DNA of 59,843 nucleotides, counting the filler, from Basidioascus undulatus (lineage: Eukaryota), in NCBI GenBank assembly GCA_000826855.1. It is 7 parts of 7 records of this genome, joined end to end, with 100 filler letters (N's around TTAATTAATTAA, not from the genome) between each part and the next. Parts side by side here need not be neighbours in the genome. Positions count along the whole stretch, not along the records: positions 1 to 26,295 come from JTLS01000192.1; positions 26,396 to 31,894 come from JTLS01001921.1; positions 31,995 to 37,493 come from JTLS01001922.1; positions 37,594 to 43,086 come from JTLS01001923.1; 3 more parts are not named here. One strand, 5' to 3'. Below the pieces are notes generated by a model. The model worked only from the letters and a program-made list of their open reading frames with translations, made no database searches and was not told where the DNA came from. Shown here piece by piece: positions 25,492 to 38,294 of this stretch. Position numbers and translations under genes: made by a program. Position 1 is the stretch's first letter; every line of letters begins with the position of its first letter.

Positions 25492-26267
25492 CTATTGCTG
25501 GAAGAAGAACAGCTTCTTCCCACTATTAGGGGGGACCCTCGTGTCCCGCCCGACCCTGCTCGCCTTCCCGCCGCCCTTGACCTGCAGGGCCGGGTACGTG
25601 GGCACGTATTGCTCCAAGTTCTCCCAGCTCCAGTCCCTCTTGCCCGCGCCCTCGCCGTCCCCGCGCTCCTCAGCGTCCTCGAGCTTCAGCCGCTCGAGTG
25701 GCGGGAGGACCTGCGGGCTGTGGCTATTTCGTCTAGGCGGCGCTGCCGGCGGGGGGAGGTGCGCAGAGAGCTGGTGCCGCTGCGGCGGGGAGCCGATGTA
25801 CGATGGGCGGGAGGGGTGCGGGTGCGAAGACGAGAGCGCGGAGAGGGACGGGCCGTGGATGAGCGACTGCGTGGGCGTGATCTGCGTGTCGGGACGCGAG
25901 CGGGAGCGGGAGCGCGTCGGCGAGAGCGTCGGCGCCGTCGTGGGTGCGGCGAAGGAGGAGGAGCGCGTGTGCTGGTAGGGGTGGCGGCAGGCGGCAGGGG
26001 AGGTCGAGAGGGCGGGATACGGAGCGTGCGAGGGCTCGTCCGCCCCGCCGTCGGAGGAGCTCGTATCGGAGCGACCGGAGTGGCTCGACTGGCGGCGCTC
26101 CATCCCCATTCCGGGTCCCCGCCCCGCGCCCTCGAGCGTGAACAGGCTCTGGCTGCTCGCAACGCGCTGGGGCGCCGGGAAGCTCAGCGCGTAGTGCGCG
26201 GCGTAGAGCGAGGCGGTCGTGGGTGCGGAGAGGGGGGCAGAGGGCGCAACTGGAGCCGGAGCAAGAC
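25492..26267 (-). CDS. Last exon of a Ser/Pro-rich hypothetical protein (possibly ECL1-like); 5' part lost at contig edge
   Basis: Acceptor CAG at 26268-26270 with CTAAA upstream. The frame is open to the stop at 25492 with GC3-rich codons and ends NSGKKLFFFQQ. Confidence 0.5.
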
Positions 26268-26295
26268 CTGGGTGGAAAGATTCCGCGTTTAGTTC

Positions 26296-26395
26296 NNNNN
26301 NNNNNNNNNNNNNNNNNNNNNNNNNNNNNNNNNNNNNNNTTAATTAATTAANNNNNNNNNNNNNNNNNNNNNNNNNNNNNNNNNNNNNNNNNNNN
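26296..26395. other. Artificial contig spacer (44N-TTAATTAATTAA-44N)
   Basis: An identical 100-nt spacer recurs six times, and the 12-mer puts stops in all six frames. Confidence 0.98.
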
Positions 26396-27950
26396 AAGGA
26401 AGGAGAAGGAGAGGAGGGAGAGGGAAGTCGGGGTTGTGCCGGTTGAGGGGAAGAGGAGGGTGAGGTGGATGAAGTGCTGTGGGGAGGCGGTATGTGAGCT
26501 TCCAGAAGCGAAAGGGAGGTTCGGATGGGATGAGGGACGCACAGAAACGACCACCAACTGCGTTGCGAAGCTCGGCAGGCCGCTCTGCTCCGCGACGTCC
26601 GCCAGATCGAGATCGAGCGGGTCTTCCGCCCCCCCGCCCCACCCGAGAGGGACGTCCCGCTCAGTCAGGCGGTACGAGTCGCGGAACGTCATCCGCCCCG
26701 GCTTGAGGAGGACGACCTGTCTCCGCAGCTCGACGCGCACGGCGCTAGGGCGCAGTGATGGGGAGGGGAGGGCGATGGTGGATGTGGAGGATGGCGGGGT
26801 GTGGGAGGAGAAGGAGAGAAGGAGCGGGATCCGCGCGGGCGGCTCGAGCGCGTAGGCCCGCGGGTGAGGGATCGTTACCTGCAGGGATGCGCAGGGGAGG
26901 AGGTTAGGCTGTGGGATGCGAGTGTTGAGAGAGGTGAGGTGAAAGGGACGAACGGAGCAACCTGGGAGATCGCGGAGGGGGAAGACCGCCCAGCCCCCTG
27001 GGTCTTCGGAGGGCGGTGGGTATGGACGCCCGAGCGTGAGCGCGAGCTCTTGCGCTGGGGAGGGGCGGGGCGGGTACGTGCGCGCGCCGAACTGGAGGGG
27101 GACTTCGAGGCTGCACAGCACAGCCGGCCGAATCAGGACAAGCTGTTCTGACCGGACTGCAGAGAAAAGAAGGGGACGCACCGCTTAATCTTCCCCGTCC
27201 CCATGCCCGCCTTGCGCCACTCCACCCTGAGCACATACTCGACCGTCGCGAGCCACCCGGCGGCAATGCCCTTGCGGTGTGCCTCGACGCGCAAGGAGGG
27301 GGGCAGGGGCCCGCCGACGAGGGCCGACGTGAGCGGGAGGGAGAGCTCGAACGTCCCGTCTGGCGCGCTTGGGGACGTGGAGTGCGAGAAGAGCGACATG
27401 CCGGGCCCGAGGCGGGCGTCTTGGTAGAACGTCGGGTTGGGCCCGATCAGCTCGGACTTGACGGCGCTTTGGAGGCGCGAGTGGAGGATCCCTTCGAGCT
27501 GTATTACCCCCTCGTCATACCTTATCAAGATCAGTTCCCCCAGGGTCAGGTCAGGAAAGAGATACTCACGGTCACAGTCAACCGCCCACCATCGCGGTTC
27601 TTCTGCGAAGACACCGCATGCTTCCCACCCAGCACTTCCACCACGCCGTGCACAAGGTCGCCCGGCTCGAACGCGGGTGCGCCGGAGCGGGGATCGCGTA
27701 AGGGGGGGAAGAGGGTGAGGCGGAGGTGCGGGGACTCGAACGAGCACGTCGAGGGGAGGCTGGACGCGCGGCTGAGGAGGGAGGACGGCGCGCGGGTCGA
27801 CAGCGGCGGGGAGGACGGCGGGGAGGACGACGTTGAAGTCGAGGGCTGGGAGCTTGAGCGCAGGGACGCTGCCGAGGAGGAGCCCCCTGTTGTTTTTGAG
27901 GAGGATGTACCCGCGGAGGAGCGCAAGCGGCGGGAGAAGAGGGAGGTCAT
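26396..27950 (-). CDS. Arrestin-like (arrestin-N fold) hypothetical protein, 3' truncated by gap
   Basis: Segments FEPGDLVHGVVEV, GTFELSLPL...LPPSL..., ATVEYVLRVEW and VRVELRRQV...LPSFATQLVVV(Q)HFIHLTL resemble fungal alpha-arrestin strands. Coding-type codon bias. Confidence 0.55.
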
Positions 27951-28616
27951 GGGACCAGGGGAATGGGGGCGAGGGGGTAGACGGCGACGGCGGGGATGGG
28001 GAGGACAGGGGTTGTGATGGGGAGGAAAGAGCGGCGGCGGGGAGGATGAGGATGGGAATGAAGACGGGCATGATCACGGCGGCAACATTGGCTATGACCA
28101 TCGAGGATGGTGAGATACGCGGGCGTTGGCAGCCTCAGCGTCGTCCGTCGGAACGCGAGCGGCCCGCATAAGGCGCCGCCGCGCGCTTGGCACACGCCAT
28201 TGCTGGCTGTGCTGCAAGTGTCCTCTTCCTTTCAGTCTTCGTCGTTCCGCCCTCAGTGCCTGTCAGGCACTCCGGTGCCTTGATTGTGCCTTGATTACAT
28301 GAAATAGTGCGGCCCTCCGCAAAATGGGCGTAGTATTCATGCATGTACATTCAGCCGATGGCGCAATGCGTGAAGCTGAAGCTGTAGGCAATTGTCCAAG
28401 GTCGAATGCGTCAGCTGATAAGGATGGAGGAAGAGGCCAAGGCGAGCAAGCCGCTCAGCCACAATTTGTTGACCGCCGCACGGCAGAACGGAGCTTGCCC
28501 CTCGTGATAACCGTGATGATCTTGCTGTCGCTGATATGAAACAGCGCTTGATAGCATCCGTCCGGACCGCAACGTCTATGCAGCGAGCAACGCCGAACAA
28601 AAGTGTCTCTACACGA

Positions 28617-30031
28617 TCACTCCTCCTTCAGCAGCTTCGCCAGCCGCTTCACGACCGTCTCGCACTCCTCCCTGGTCCCCACCGAGATCCGCAAGCACCC
28701 CACGCACCCAAGCTCCCCACCGCGGTAGCGCACGACGACGCCCTCCTCCTCCGCGAGGCGCTTGTACACACGCTGCGCGCGCGCGTTGTCCGGCGTGCCT
28801 GATCCGTCCTTCGACAGGATGGGGAGGAGGACGAAGTTCGCGTGGTTCCCGCCGATGATCTGGCCGACGGTCGGGAGCGCCGGGAGCGCGGAGAGGAGGT
28901 AGGAGCGGTTGGAGGTGAGGGTGGAGACGTGTGACCGCATGAGCGCGATGCCCGAGGGGGAGAGCGCATCCAGCGCGAGCGCTGCGGTCGGGGTCGAGAT
29001 ATTGTACGGCGCTTTGGTGTTGTTGAGGACTTGGATCAGGGGCGGTTGGGCGAGAGCCAGGCCGAGTCTTCAGCCAACGCACGGTCAACGAAACGGGACA
29101 GAATGTGAGGAAAGGAAGAGTGGCGCACCGAATACCCGCCAGCCCGAAGCTCTTGCTCAGCGTCTGGAGGACGACGAGGTTGGAGTACTTTTCAACGAGC
29201 GTCACCGCACTGTCGTCCTCGCCGGCAAAGTCGATGTACGCCTCGTCGACGACGACGAGGCCCTTGTAGTCCGTGTTCTCGAGGATCGCGGTGATGTCGC
29301 GCAGGGGGAGGAGCGTGCCGGTCGGGTTGCCGGGGGAGCAGAGGAAGGTGAGCTTGATGGAGGGGTCGGAGGAGAGGATGCGGTTGGTCTGTCCCGCGAT
29401 CGTGCTCATCCGCCTCCTTCCCCTTCCCCGAGATTGGGAAGACAGAAGGGAGAAGCCGCCCACGCACCTCTTCCACCCTCAACTGGAACTTGCCCCCCTC
29501 GACATCCAACGGGCTTTTGACGACCTGCACGTCGTTCACGTGCGCGCACACGCCGTACATGCCGTACGTGGGTGGGCACACGAGCGCCTTGTCCTTGCCC
29601 GGCACGCACGCGACGCGGAGGAGGAGGTCGATGACCTCGTCCGACCCGACACCGAGGAAGAGGTACTCCTGCGAGGGAAGCTTCCGCAGCGCGAGCAGGC
29701 ACGCTTTGATGTCGGGATGGGAGGGAGATGGGTAGCGGTTGAGGGACTGTGAGGCGGGCAGGGAGGAGAGGACCGGGCCGAGCGCATTCTCGTTCGCGCT
29801 GCGGATCGGCGCGTCAGCAATACGCCTGATCGGTCATAGAGCAGAGGGAAAGACCCACTCAAGCAAGATCCCATCCTCATAATCATCCCGCGCACAGCGG
29901 TACGGCTGCAAGCTGAGGATGTTGGGGCGGATGACAGCCTCGATGTCGAAGTGGGCGGGGTAGGGGTACGTCGCAGGGAGGGAAGACGGGCTGAGCCCGA
30001 GGATGCGCGGGACCGGCTGCGGGGAGGACAT
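28617..30031 (-). CDS. HIS5: Histidinol-phosphate aminotransferase, multi-exon
   Basis: Motifs IRPNILSLQPYRCARDDY, (A)NENALG, LNRY, FLGVGSDEVIDL, PPTYGMYGVCA, FLCSPGNPTG, VVVDEAYIDF, PLP-Lys motif QTLSKSFGLAGIR, KAPYNIS and GCLRISVGT. Confidence 0.96.
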
Positions 30032-31595
30032 CCTGGCAATTGGATCTAAGGTATCGAATGGGAGACAAGAGAGGAGAGCAAGAGAGAAGGAGATCGCTGA
30101 TCGCAAGAGGGAAGACCGCCGACTGCCCGGCGCGAAGGGGGCGGGCGAGTCAGCCGCGTGGGAACGGGCGAGTCATATACGCTGCTAAAGGGCAGCCTTC
30201 GTGCACACTATCGCGTTTTTCTATGTTTTGAGTCATGCAGCTGTCCTTTTCTGACTATACATAACAAAAGAGATAGGAAAACACCCGGCCTATTCGGGGA
30301 GCAAAGGCGTGAGCAAGATTGAGCCAAGGCAGCGCGTCCACAAGCCTTCCTGTGCCGACATTGCGGGTTCCTTTTCACTCCATCGATCGACAAATAAAGC
30401 GATATGTGGACGACGTGTAAAATGAAATTGAATGCCACGCCAAGCAGATGCTCGATGTCAGCCAGGCGGAGGGTCAACCAGGCAATCTCGCCTGCCAGTG
30501 CCTCAACTTCTCATCGTCGGGTCCGCAACCTTGCGCTCAGGATTCTCTCGTGATGATATCCTAATTCATGTCCCTCCACCACGATCGAGCTGAGGGCATG
30601 GTCCTGATCTGGCGTATTGAAGACCTCCTGCTGTGCCCCTTCCGTCGCTCGCCCATCCGCCCGCCTCGCCCAGGGCCCGCCCCTCACACCTCCCCTTTCC
30701 CCTTTGCACCCTCTGTTTTTCGGGCTCGATAGCCCAGCGGTCATTCCGCTGGCATTCCTCGACGGGGGCCTATTTGCCATGGCGCTGTCATGATCAACGA
30801 CATCCTACTCGCCAAATACTCGCGAAGCTACATCTACATCACGCGTAAAGAGATAGAGATAGAGCTATATCATTCGGGCCCATTTTAAGGTGTCCTTGCC
30901 TGGCTAAACTTTGCTGGGTTCCGCTGTGCACACTTGCAAAGTGGCAGCTCGCACCTTCGCATCACGGCCATGGCGACATCGGAGGGATTTCCTGACGGAT
31001 ATGGGTCCTCCAAAGCAATAATCTGAAGATAGTTTGTGAATGGTAATCCGGTTGTACGACGGAACCATCCTGGCCGGGGTCCCTGGGCTGCACCGAGTGG
31101 GCACACCGCAGTGTGTACAGCATCATGAGAACGTGAGCGATCGGTATTCTCTGCACAATCCCCTCCCCTACCATTGGTAGTGTTTTTCAATGAAGCTTTC
31201 AGCGAAAGCATAGGCCGAAGGCTCCAGCCGCGCCGCCCGAAAGCCATGCTGTTCTTCCCGCTGGCACTGCCGCCCGGCGCGGCCCGCCCCTCAGCCTCTC
31301 TCTCACGCCAGGTGCCCTCTACTCAGCCTCGCTTGTCGGACGCGAATATCCTGGCTTTGCCGGTATGAACCCAATCCTGTTTGCTGATGAACGCGACCAG
31401 GAGCCCTCCTGCGGCGGGATATGGGAACCGAAGTGGACGGGATCGCAGCGTGCTCGTAACGGAGAGTTCAGCGTTGTATCACACCCAGCTCTCCAACCCT
31501 CTACTTGCATCCTTATTTCATTTCGCAACCCCTCTCCTGCCCCCGCTCCTGCCCCCGCTCCCGCCCCGCTCCGCCTCGAGCCCGCGAGGACCAAA

Positions 31596-31687
31596 CTACG
31601 TGAAGAGCTTGTTCGTGCTCGTGTTGCTCTCGCTCGCGCGCTTGAGGACCTTGGCGACGGCGAGCTCGAAGTCCTCGTTGGAGACGT
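31596..31687 (-). CDS. RPT6: Terminal exon of 26S proteasome AAA-ATPase Rpt6 (rest of gene beyond contig edge)
   Basis: After branch GCTGAC and acceptor CAG the exon reads (H)VSNEDFELAVAKVLKRASESNTSTNKLFT*. This matches the Rpt6 C-terminal pattern HVTQEDFE.AVAKV. Confidence 0.8.
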
Positions 31688-31894
31688 CTGTGCGGGCGTC
31701 CGGGTTGGATGGTCAGCGTCTTCCCCGGCGTGCCAGCTACCGTCCGCGCAGGACGAATAAGAAAGGGGGGATGGGTAGGGGGCAAAGGGAGAGGGGGAGG
31801 GCATTGTGGGAGAGGGAGAACGGGAGAAAGAGAGCAAGGAAGGATGAGATGATGGGATGTGAAGATAGGCCGCAGGCCAGGCGCCTTATATTCG

Positions 31895-31994
31895 NNNNNN
31901 NNNNNNNNNNNNNNNNNNNNNNNNNNNNNNNNNNNNNNTTAATTAATTAANNNNNNNNNNNNNNNNNNNNNNNNNNNNNNNNNNNNNNNNNNNN
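31895..31994. other. Artificial contig spacer
   Basis: 44N-TTAATTAATTAA-44N. Confidence 0.98.
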
Positions 31995-34900
31995 TCGACT
32001 GCGCCGGACGGGTAGTCGTCCTCGGCGGCGGCTTGCTCTTCCTTGAGCAGTTCGACGATCTCGCGCTCGTTCGGCTTGGCCTGGTCGCCGAGCGGACGTT
32101 GACCAACGACCATGTCTTGAATCTGTCAAACAAGACGCGGTGTGAGCAAGAGTGCGATGCAGAGCAGAGTAAGAGCACGCACGTCTTTCTTGACGCGAGC
32201 CATCTTGACAATGCGCTCGTCGATCGTTCCCTTCGTGATGAGGCGGTAGACCGTGACCTGCCTAGTCTGGCCGAGACGATGCGCGCGGTCCATCGCTTGC
32301 TGGTCGTTACTCGGGTTCTGTGTTAAAGGTATGAGCACCGATGCAAGAGCCACATGACGTGCATTTGGCGTACCCAGTCATGCTCGTAGAAGATCACGGT
32401 GTCCGCGCTGTACGTATATTCCGTGTCAGTCAACACGCAGGGGAATGAAAAAGGGAGAAACGGAGAATAACGCACGCAGTTAGGTTGATACCGAGACCAC
32501 CAGCGCGCGTGGAAAGGAGGAAGACGAAGATTTCCGGCCTGCCCAAATCGCTGTCAGTAAGCCGCAGCGCGCGCAAGAAGGATACAGCACGATGCACCGA
32601 GTCTGCCAGTCCATGACCATGTCGCGGCGGTCCGAGATCTTGCTGCCGCCGTCGAGGCGGAGGTACTTGTGCTGGCGGTAGACGAGGTACTCCTCGACGA
32701 GGTCGATCATGCGCGTCATCTGGAAGTAGATGAGGACGCGGTGCCCCTCGGCCTTGAGCTTGACGAGGAGCTCGTCGAGCGCGACGAGCTTGGACGAGTC
32801 GAAGATGAGCTTGTCCATCTGCGGCACGCGCATCGTGTTCGGCGGCAGCTGCTCGCGCGGGCTCGCGCCGATCAGGCCCGCGGGCGGCACGGCGGGCGGG
32901 AGCGTCGAGCACGCCCGCAGGTCGTCGCGCGCCTCTGGCGGAAGGCCGAAGAGCGCCAAGGACGCGAGCGGGTCGGTCCGGCGCCGGTCGATCTCTTCCA
33001 GGAAGACGTGGTCGGGCGCGTAGGGAGAGACGGGAGGAGCGACGGCGGGAGGGGTGTAGCAGAGGAAGTGGGGCTTGACGATGGCGGACGTGGTGAGGAG
33101 GTCGCGGGTGATGTTGTCGAGGGGAGGGAGGGTGTTGACGTCGGTCTCGTACAAAGCGGGACGGCGGGCGAGCGTGATGTCGAACGCCACGCGGGGCTTG
33201 GTGAGCGCCGCAGCGAGATCGGGTTCGCTGTTGAGCAACGTATACAAAGTCAGCTGAGGTCTGCTCGAGTACAAACGGATGAGACGCACGAGGAATACGG
33301 CGCGTGCTCGAGACGCCGCTGCTCGGCGTCAGCCGCACGCAGTATCCGCTCAAGCGCGGATGCCTTGAACGTCGAGCTCGCCTCCGACGTGGAAAGGCCA
33401 AGCAGCGGCAAGAAAGCGAAGGGCGAGTCTTGGGTAATTAAAACGGGATCAGTACTCGACCCGCATCAACAGAACTCGAACCAAGGCGCACCCGGCTTGC
33501 GCAGCGACTCCTCGATGTAGCCTGGCGCCCAGATGTTCATGAGGCGGTCAAGGTAGAGGCTGTCCGAGCCGACGCGGGAGCCCTCGCCGGGCACGGAGAG
33601 CATGCCGCCGTCGCGATAGAGCAGACGCGGGACGTCGAACGCGATCGGGTTGCGCGTCGAGTCGGGGAGATAGAGCGTGTCCGGCTGGCGGAAGAGGTTG
33701 CTCGTCTGGCTGAAGTTGCAGAACGCGAACGGCGCGGTCACGTCCGCGCGCTCGAACAGCTCCGGGTGGTTGCAGACCTGTAAGGACACGAGGCGTCAGT
33801 TCCAGTCGTACGCGACACATGAGGGGAGCTAGGGTAACAGCGTACCTTGCGGAACTGCACGACGAGGTTCATCAGCACGCGCTGGCTCGACTCGTCGCCG
33901 ACGCGAGCGGCGCGGTCGAGGAGGTCCGCGATGGAGATGCGGGAGCGGAGCGCGCGGTAGAGCGCACGCTGGCGCGGGCTCAAGTCGCACATGACGTCGA
34001 CCTCGATCTGCGGCGCGCCCACGCATCAGTACCAATGCGCGACGACGGAGCAAAAGGTAGCTGGAGAGAAGGATACCTTGTCGCCGAGCTCGTTCTGGAC
34101 GTTCTTCTTGACGCGGCGGAGCATGAACGGCTTGAGGATCATGTGCAGCCTGCGGAGCTGGTGCTCGTTAATTGCGGTCTTGTTCTCGGCGTTGTTCTCA
34201 ATGTCCTTCGAGAACCACTCGCTGAACTCGTCGTGCGAGTCGAACAAGCTCGGCATGATGAAGTGGAGGAGCGCCCAGAGCTCTACCGGGAGCCGACCAG
34301 CGAGAACAATCAGCAACCAGCAACAAGGCAAAGTGAACGGCGTGGAGAAGGGGAGGAGAGGGCGACGACGACGCACCCTGCATCGAGTTCTGGATCGGCG
34401 TGCCGGTGAGCAGGAGCCGGTTGCGGCAGTTGAAGCTGAGGAGCGTCTTCCACCGCGCGCTGGACGAGCTCTTGATAGCCTGCGCCTCGTCGAGGATCAT
34501 GTACTGCCACTTGACGCGCTGGAAGTACTTTTCGTCCGAGACCACCTTTGCACCCCTCCCCACATTAGTACTTCTTCCTCTCTCCACCGCCAAACGAACG
34601 ACGCACGAGCTGGTAGCTAGTGATGAGGACGTGGAATGGCGCGTCGCGGGTGTACGTAATCGCCTTCTTCTGCCAGAACTTGCGGAGCGTCGCGCGGTCC
34701 TTGACGTTGCCCCAGTACGGGAGTGCCTTGAGCTGGGGCACGAAGCGCGTGATCTCCTGCTGCCAGTTGTGCAACGTCGAGGCAGGCGCAATTACGAGGA
34801 ACGGGCCCCAGATGTCGTGCTTCTCGGCGAGGTACGCGAGGAGCGAGATGGACTGAACGGTCTACGAGCCGGAAGCACCACCACCACCACCGTCAGAATG

Positions 34901-37493
34901 CTCCTCACCCTCACTCTCACCTAACGCAAGACAATGCCAGTGCCACAGCGAAACAAACCTTGCCGAGACCCATCTCGTCTGCGAGGATGCCGTTGATGCC
35001 CTGCTCGTACAAGTTCGCGAGCCAGTTGAGGCCTTTGAGCTGGTACTCCTTGAGCTGGGCCATCAAGAACTTTGGCTGCACGACCGTCACCGCGTCCTCA
35101 GCGAGCGTCGGGTTCTGGAAGTTAAGCTCGTCGCCGTCGACTGCCGACACCCCATCCGTACCCATCAGCTTCCACCATCCCAGCCGACAGGGAGGGGTGA
35201 AGGGAAGAACGCACGAGCCCCCGCGATGGGGATCTCCCCCTCCATGGTCGTCTGCTCCTCGGGCACCTCGATCCCCATCTCCTTCGCGCGCGCGATCGCC
35301 TCATTCTTCTTGCGCTCCGCCGCGGCGTTCTCGTCGAACGCGGCCGCCTTGGCTTTCGCCTGCGCGACGGCGGCCTGCGCGTTGCGCGCGGCGTGCGCGT
35401 GGAGGTTGCTCTCGTCGTCTGTGAAACCCATGTCCAATTGAGCCCCCGCCTTCTTCCCCAGCAGGACGGAACACGGTGGAAGGGAAACGCAACGCACCAT
35501 CGTCGTAGTCGATCGCGCGCAACTCGCCATTCGCATCAACCTCCATCCCCTCCTCCGAGATCTCCGAGATCTTCGCGCCCTCCGGCTCCTCGTCCGCGCC
35601 CGCACCTGCAACCTTCTCCCCTCCCGCCGTCTCCTCCGACTCCTCCGCCTCGGCCGCTGTTCATCCCATCCAATCCATCCCCATAAGCATTCCCTGCCCT
35701 GTCTCAAGCCCACGGAGCAAAACGAGGACGTGGTGGAAGTTCGGAGAGGGAAAAAGGGGAAAGTGGGGGAAGGACGCGACAGGGTGGGAAGGAACGCACT
35801 CTTGATCTTGCTCCCCACGAAGTGCGAGTACAGCTCGGTCTGGGTAATCAAGAAGTTGAGCTTTCTCGCCTGTCTTTTCGCCTCGCGCGCGGCCTCCTCG
35901 GCCTTCGCCTTCTCGAGCGCCTCCTTCTCCGCTTTGCGGCGGACCTCGCGCTCGTCCTTCTCGTTGCGCTTCCAGTAGATCAGGACCTGGTTTCCTCGAG
36001 AGTGTCAGCGACGAACACGAGGAGCGGAAGAGTGGAGGAACTGGGAGCGAGAAGCGAGGAAGGAATTTGGAGGAATGGGAGGAGGGAAGGACGAAAGGAG
36101 GGAAGGAAGGAGAGAGGAAGAGGGGGGATGGGGAGGAGGCGATGGGAAGTGGGATGTGCGTAGTGGGATGGGAACGGAAGAGTGGCGACCTACCTCGCGC
36201 ATGACCTTCTTCGCCCGCGCCTGCTGGTCCTTGACCGTCTTAGTCGTCCTCACTTGAGTCTTCTTCGTCTCCCTCTGCGCGAGGACCGCGATCCTCCGCG
36301 CGTACGTCACGTTGTTCGCGGACGTTTGGGTGACGTAGCGATAGACCTGTTGTCCCCCGCCCGCTCAACCACTTTGAGCTGTTTCCTCTCAAGAAAGGGA
36401 GAGCGCGGAGAAGGCAGAAACGGACTCGGGGGATGTCCTTCCGCGCAATATGCAACCACACAGCCCTTTGCGCATCCTCCGCAGCGCGGGCACGCATCGC
36501 GGCGGTCTGGGGGGTGCACCACTCGACGCCGCGGCCGGGGTACTCCGCCCGGTTCCCGTCCAGCGCGGGGACGGGGGCGGGGACGGCGTGCATGTAGGGT
36601 GGGACGTGAGCGGCAGGGGAAGGGGGGGTGCCGTAGGCCGAGCCGGCGGTAGAGCCTGGAGTGCCGGGGAAGAACATCGGTAGTGGGAGGGGCGCGCCGG
36701 GCACGGGCGCGGAGAGGAAGGTCGGGTACTGCTGCTGCGGCGGGAGATATCGAAAAGATTAACAAATGAGGGGGAGGAGGGAAGAAGGAGAAAGCACCCA
36801 CCTGCGGTGTCCCCCTCCCCCGTCCCTTGCCCTTGCCCTTCCCCCCCGCGCGAGCCTTCGGCGTCTCCCCTTCCCCTCCCACCCCCACGAGCGGGAGGGG
36901 CACCCACTCCTCCTCCCCGCCCTCCATCCGCCGGCGCTTGTACGCGCGCCCCGCGTGCTCGACGAGCTCCCACTCGCTCGTGTCGTACACGCGACGCGGG
37001 TCGTACACGTCCGGGGCAGGGGCCAAGGTCGGGGGAAGAGAGTGGGGTGGAGCGGGAGGGGGCGAGGGGGAGTCGAGCGCCTTCCACAGGGCGGTCTCGA
37101 CGGACTTTTCTTGCAGCCGCTTCCGGATGACGGTGTGCCGCGCGCTGTAGGAGGAGGCGAGCTGCGAGGCAGTGTGGGCATTGCGCTCCTGGATCGCGGA
37201 GACACAAAGTAAGGGAGGGGGAGAGACGAGGAAGAGAGAAGAAGACAGGAAACGCGCCTCGAAAGCCCTCTCCACCTCCTCCTCGATCAGCCTCTCCCTC
37301 TTCCGGCCTCTCGCCGCCCACTCCTCCACCGCTGCTTCCCACACTTCCCTACACCCCTCCAAATCGCTCGCCCCGTCCTCCATTCACCCCTCTTCCGTGC
37401 TCCAGACAGCCTTCTCGCACTCTTTCAATCGCTACATCCGCTCTTCTACCTTCCTCCTCAACTCACCCGCTCAGTCAGCCATGCGCGCCTTCA
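31995..37493 (-). CDS. INO80: INO80 chromatin-remodelling SNF2-family ATPase, partial at both ends, multi-exon
   Basis: DBINO domain ([10 protein letters not shown]...[22 protein letters not shown]). Helicase motifs [97 protein letters not shown] and [12 protein letters not shown]. Confidence 0.96.
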
Positions 37494-37593
37494 NNNNNNN
37501 NNNNNNNNNNNNNNNNNNNNNNNNNNNNNNNNNNNNNTTAATTAATTAANNNNNNNNNNNNNNNNNNNNNNNNNNNNNNNNNNNNNNNNNNNN
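37494..37593. other. Artificial contig spacer
   Basis: 44N-TTAATTAATTAA-44N. Confidence 0.98.
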
Positions 37594-38270
37594 GGGAGAA
37601 GGGGAGGGGAGGGGGAAGGAGAAGGGTGAGATGCTGACCTGGTGTCTTGTGCCTGCTCTGGGGAAGGGGCCACCGGCCCTGCGTCAAGGTCTCTCTCGAG
37701 CTCCTTGCGCCAGTCAGAGAAGAACTGGGCTGTGTTCTTGGACTGGCCTGCTTCTCGTTCAAGACGGGCAAAGAGACGCTCACGCAGCTTCTGGGCCAGG
37801 TCTGCAGGGGGTGTGCTGTTGTCTGCTGTTGCCAGGGGGTTGTAGTCGCGCGGAATGCGGAAGCCAAGCTGCTCCATTGCAGTGTGGAATCGGGGGGCAT
37901 AGGAGGCAGCAACAAGGAACTCAACAGTGAAAGCGCCCACATAGGCATAGTTGGAGATTTGCGAGAGGGTGATCCGTGTTATGGCCAGGTTGGACTTGAG
38001 CTGTGAGAGTGGAAGGCGTGCCAAGCCTGTAACATAGATACGCTTCATGCGCCAGGTGCACTCTGTGCGGGTCAGGTGCTCATCGGGCTCACCGCTCCCT
38101 GGAAGCGGGGGACGTGGAACGGGGCGGAGTTCAGAGAGAGCACGAGACAACTCAGCTTTGTCTGGGTTGGGGTGACATGCAACCATGGCTGCAAAGGAGG
38201 GGCGCTTTGGGCCAGAGCTGCTGTGGATGCTGCAGGGGCAGGGGCAGGAGCGGGAGCGGGGGCAAGAGAT
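37594..38270 (-). mobile_element. Probable non-LTR retrotransposon (LINE) ORF1/gag-like fragment, running into the gap
   Basis: Intronless ORF with a KRPSFAAMVA linker and an RRM-like block RIYVTGLARLPLSQLKSNL...ISNYAYVGAFTVEFLV...YNPL, which resembles fungal LINE ORF1 proteins by recall. It is CpG-poor relative to host genes. No RT is visible in the window. Confidence 0.55.
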
Positions 38271-38294
38271 GGACAAAGCTTGGTCAAGGCGCAC

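Noticed and set aside
26296..26395. Recurring TTAATTAATTAA flanked by Ns as a biological repeat
   Set aside because: It is an identical 100-nt artificial linker joining contigs. ORFs ending in XXX-LIN are artefacts of it.
32669..33520. Long antisense ORFs over INO80 (likewise over PMA1, HIS5, RPN5 and the RhoGEF region)
   Set aside because: These are the expected shadow ORFs of GC3-rich coding sequence and show no independent motifs.
36020..36190. GA-rich/CT-rich tracts, (GGGTGC)n at about 25245-25270 and (CCTGCCCCCGCT)n at about 31536-31570
   Set aside because: Low-complexity intron or UTR microsatellites with no further structure.
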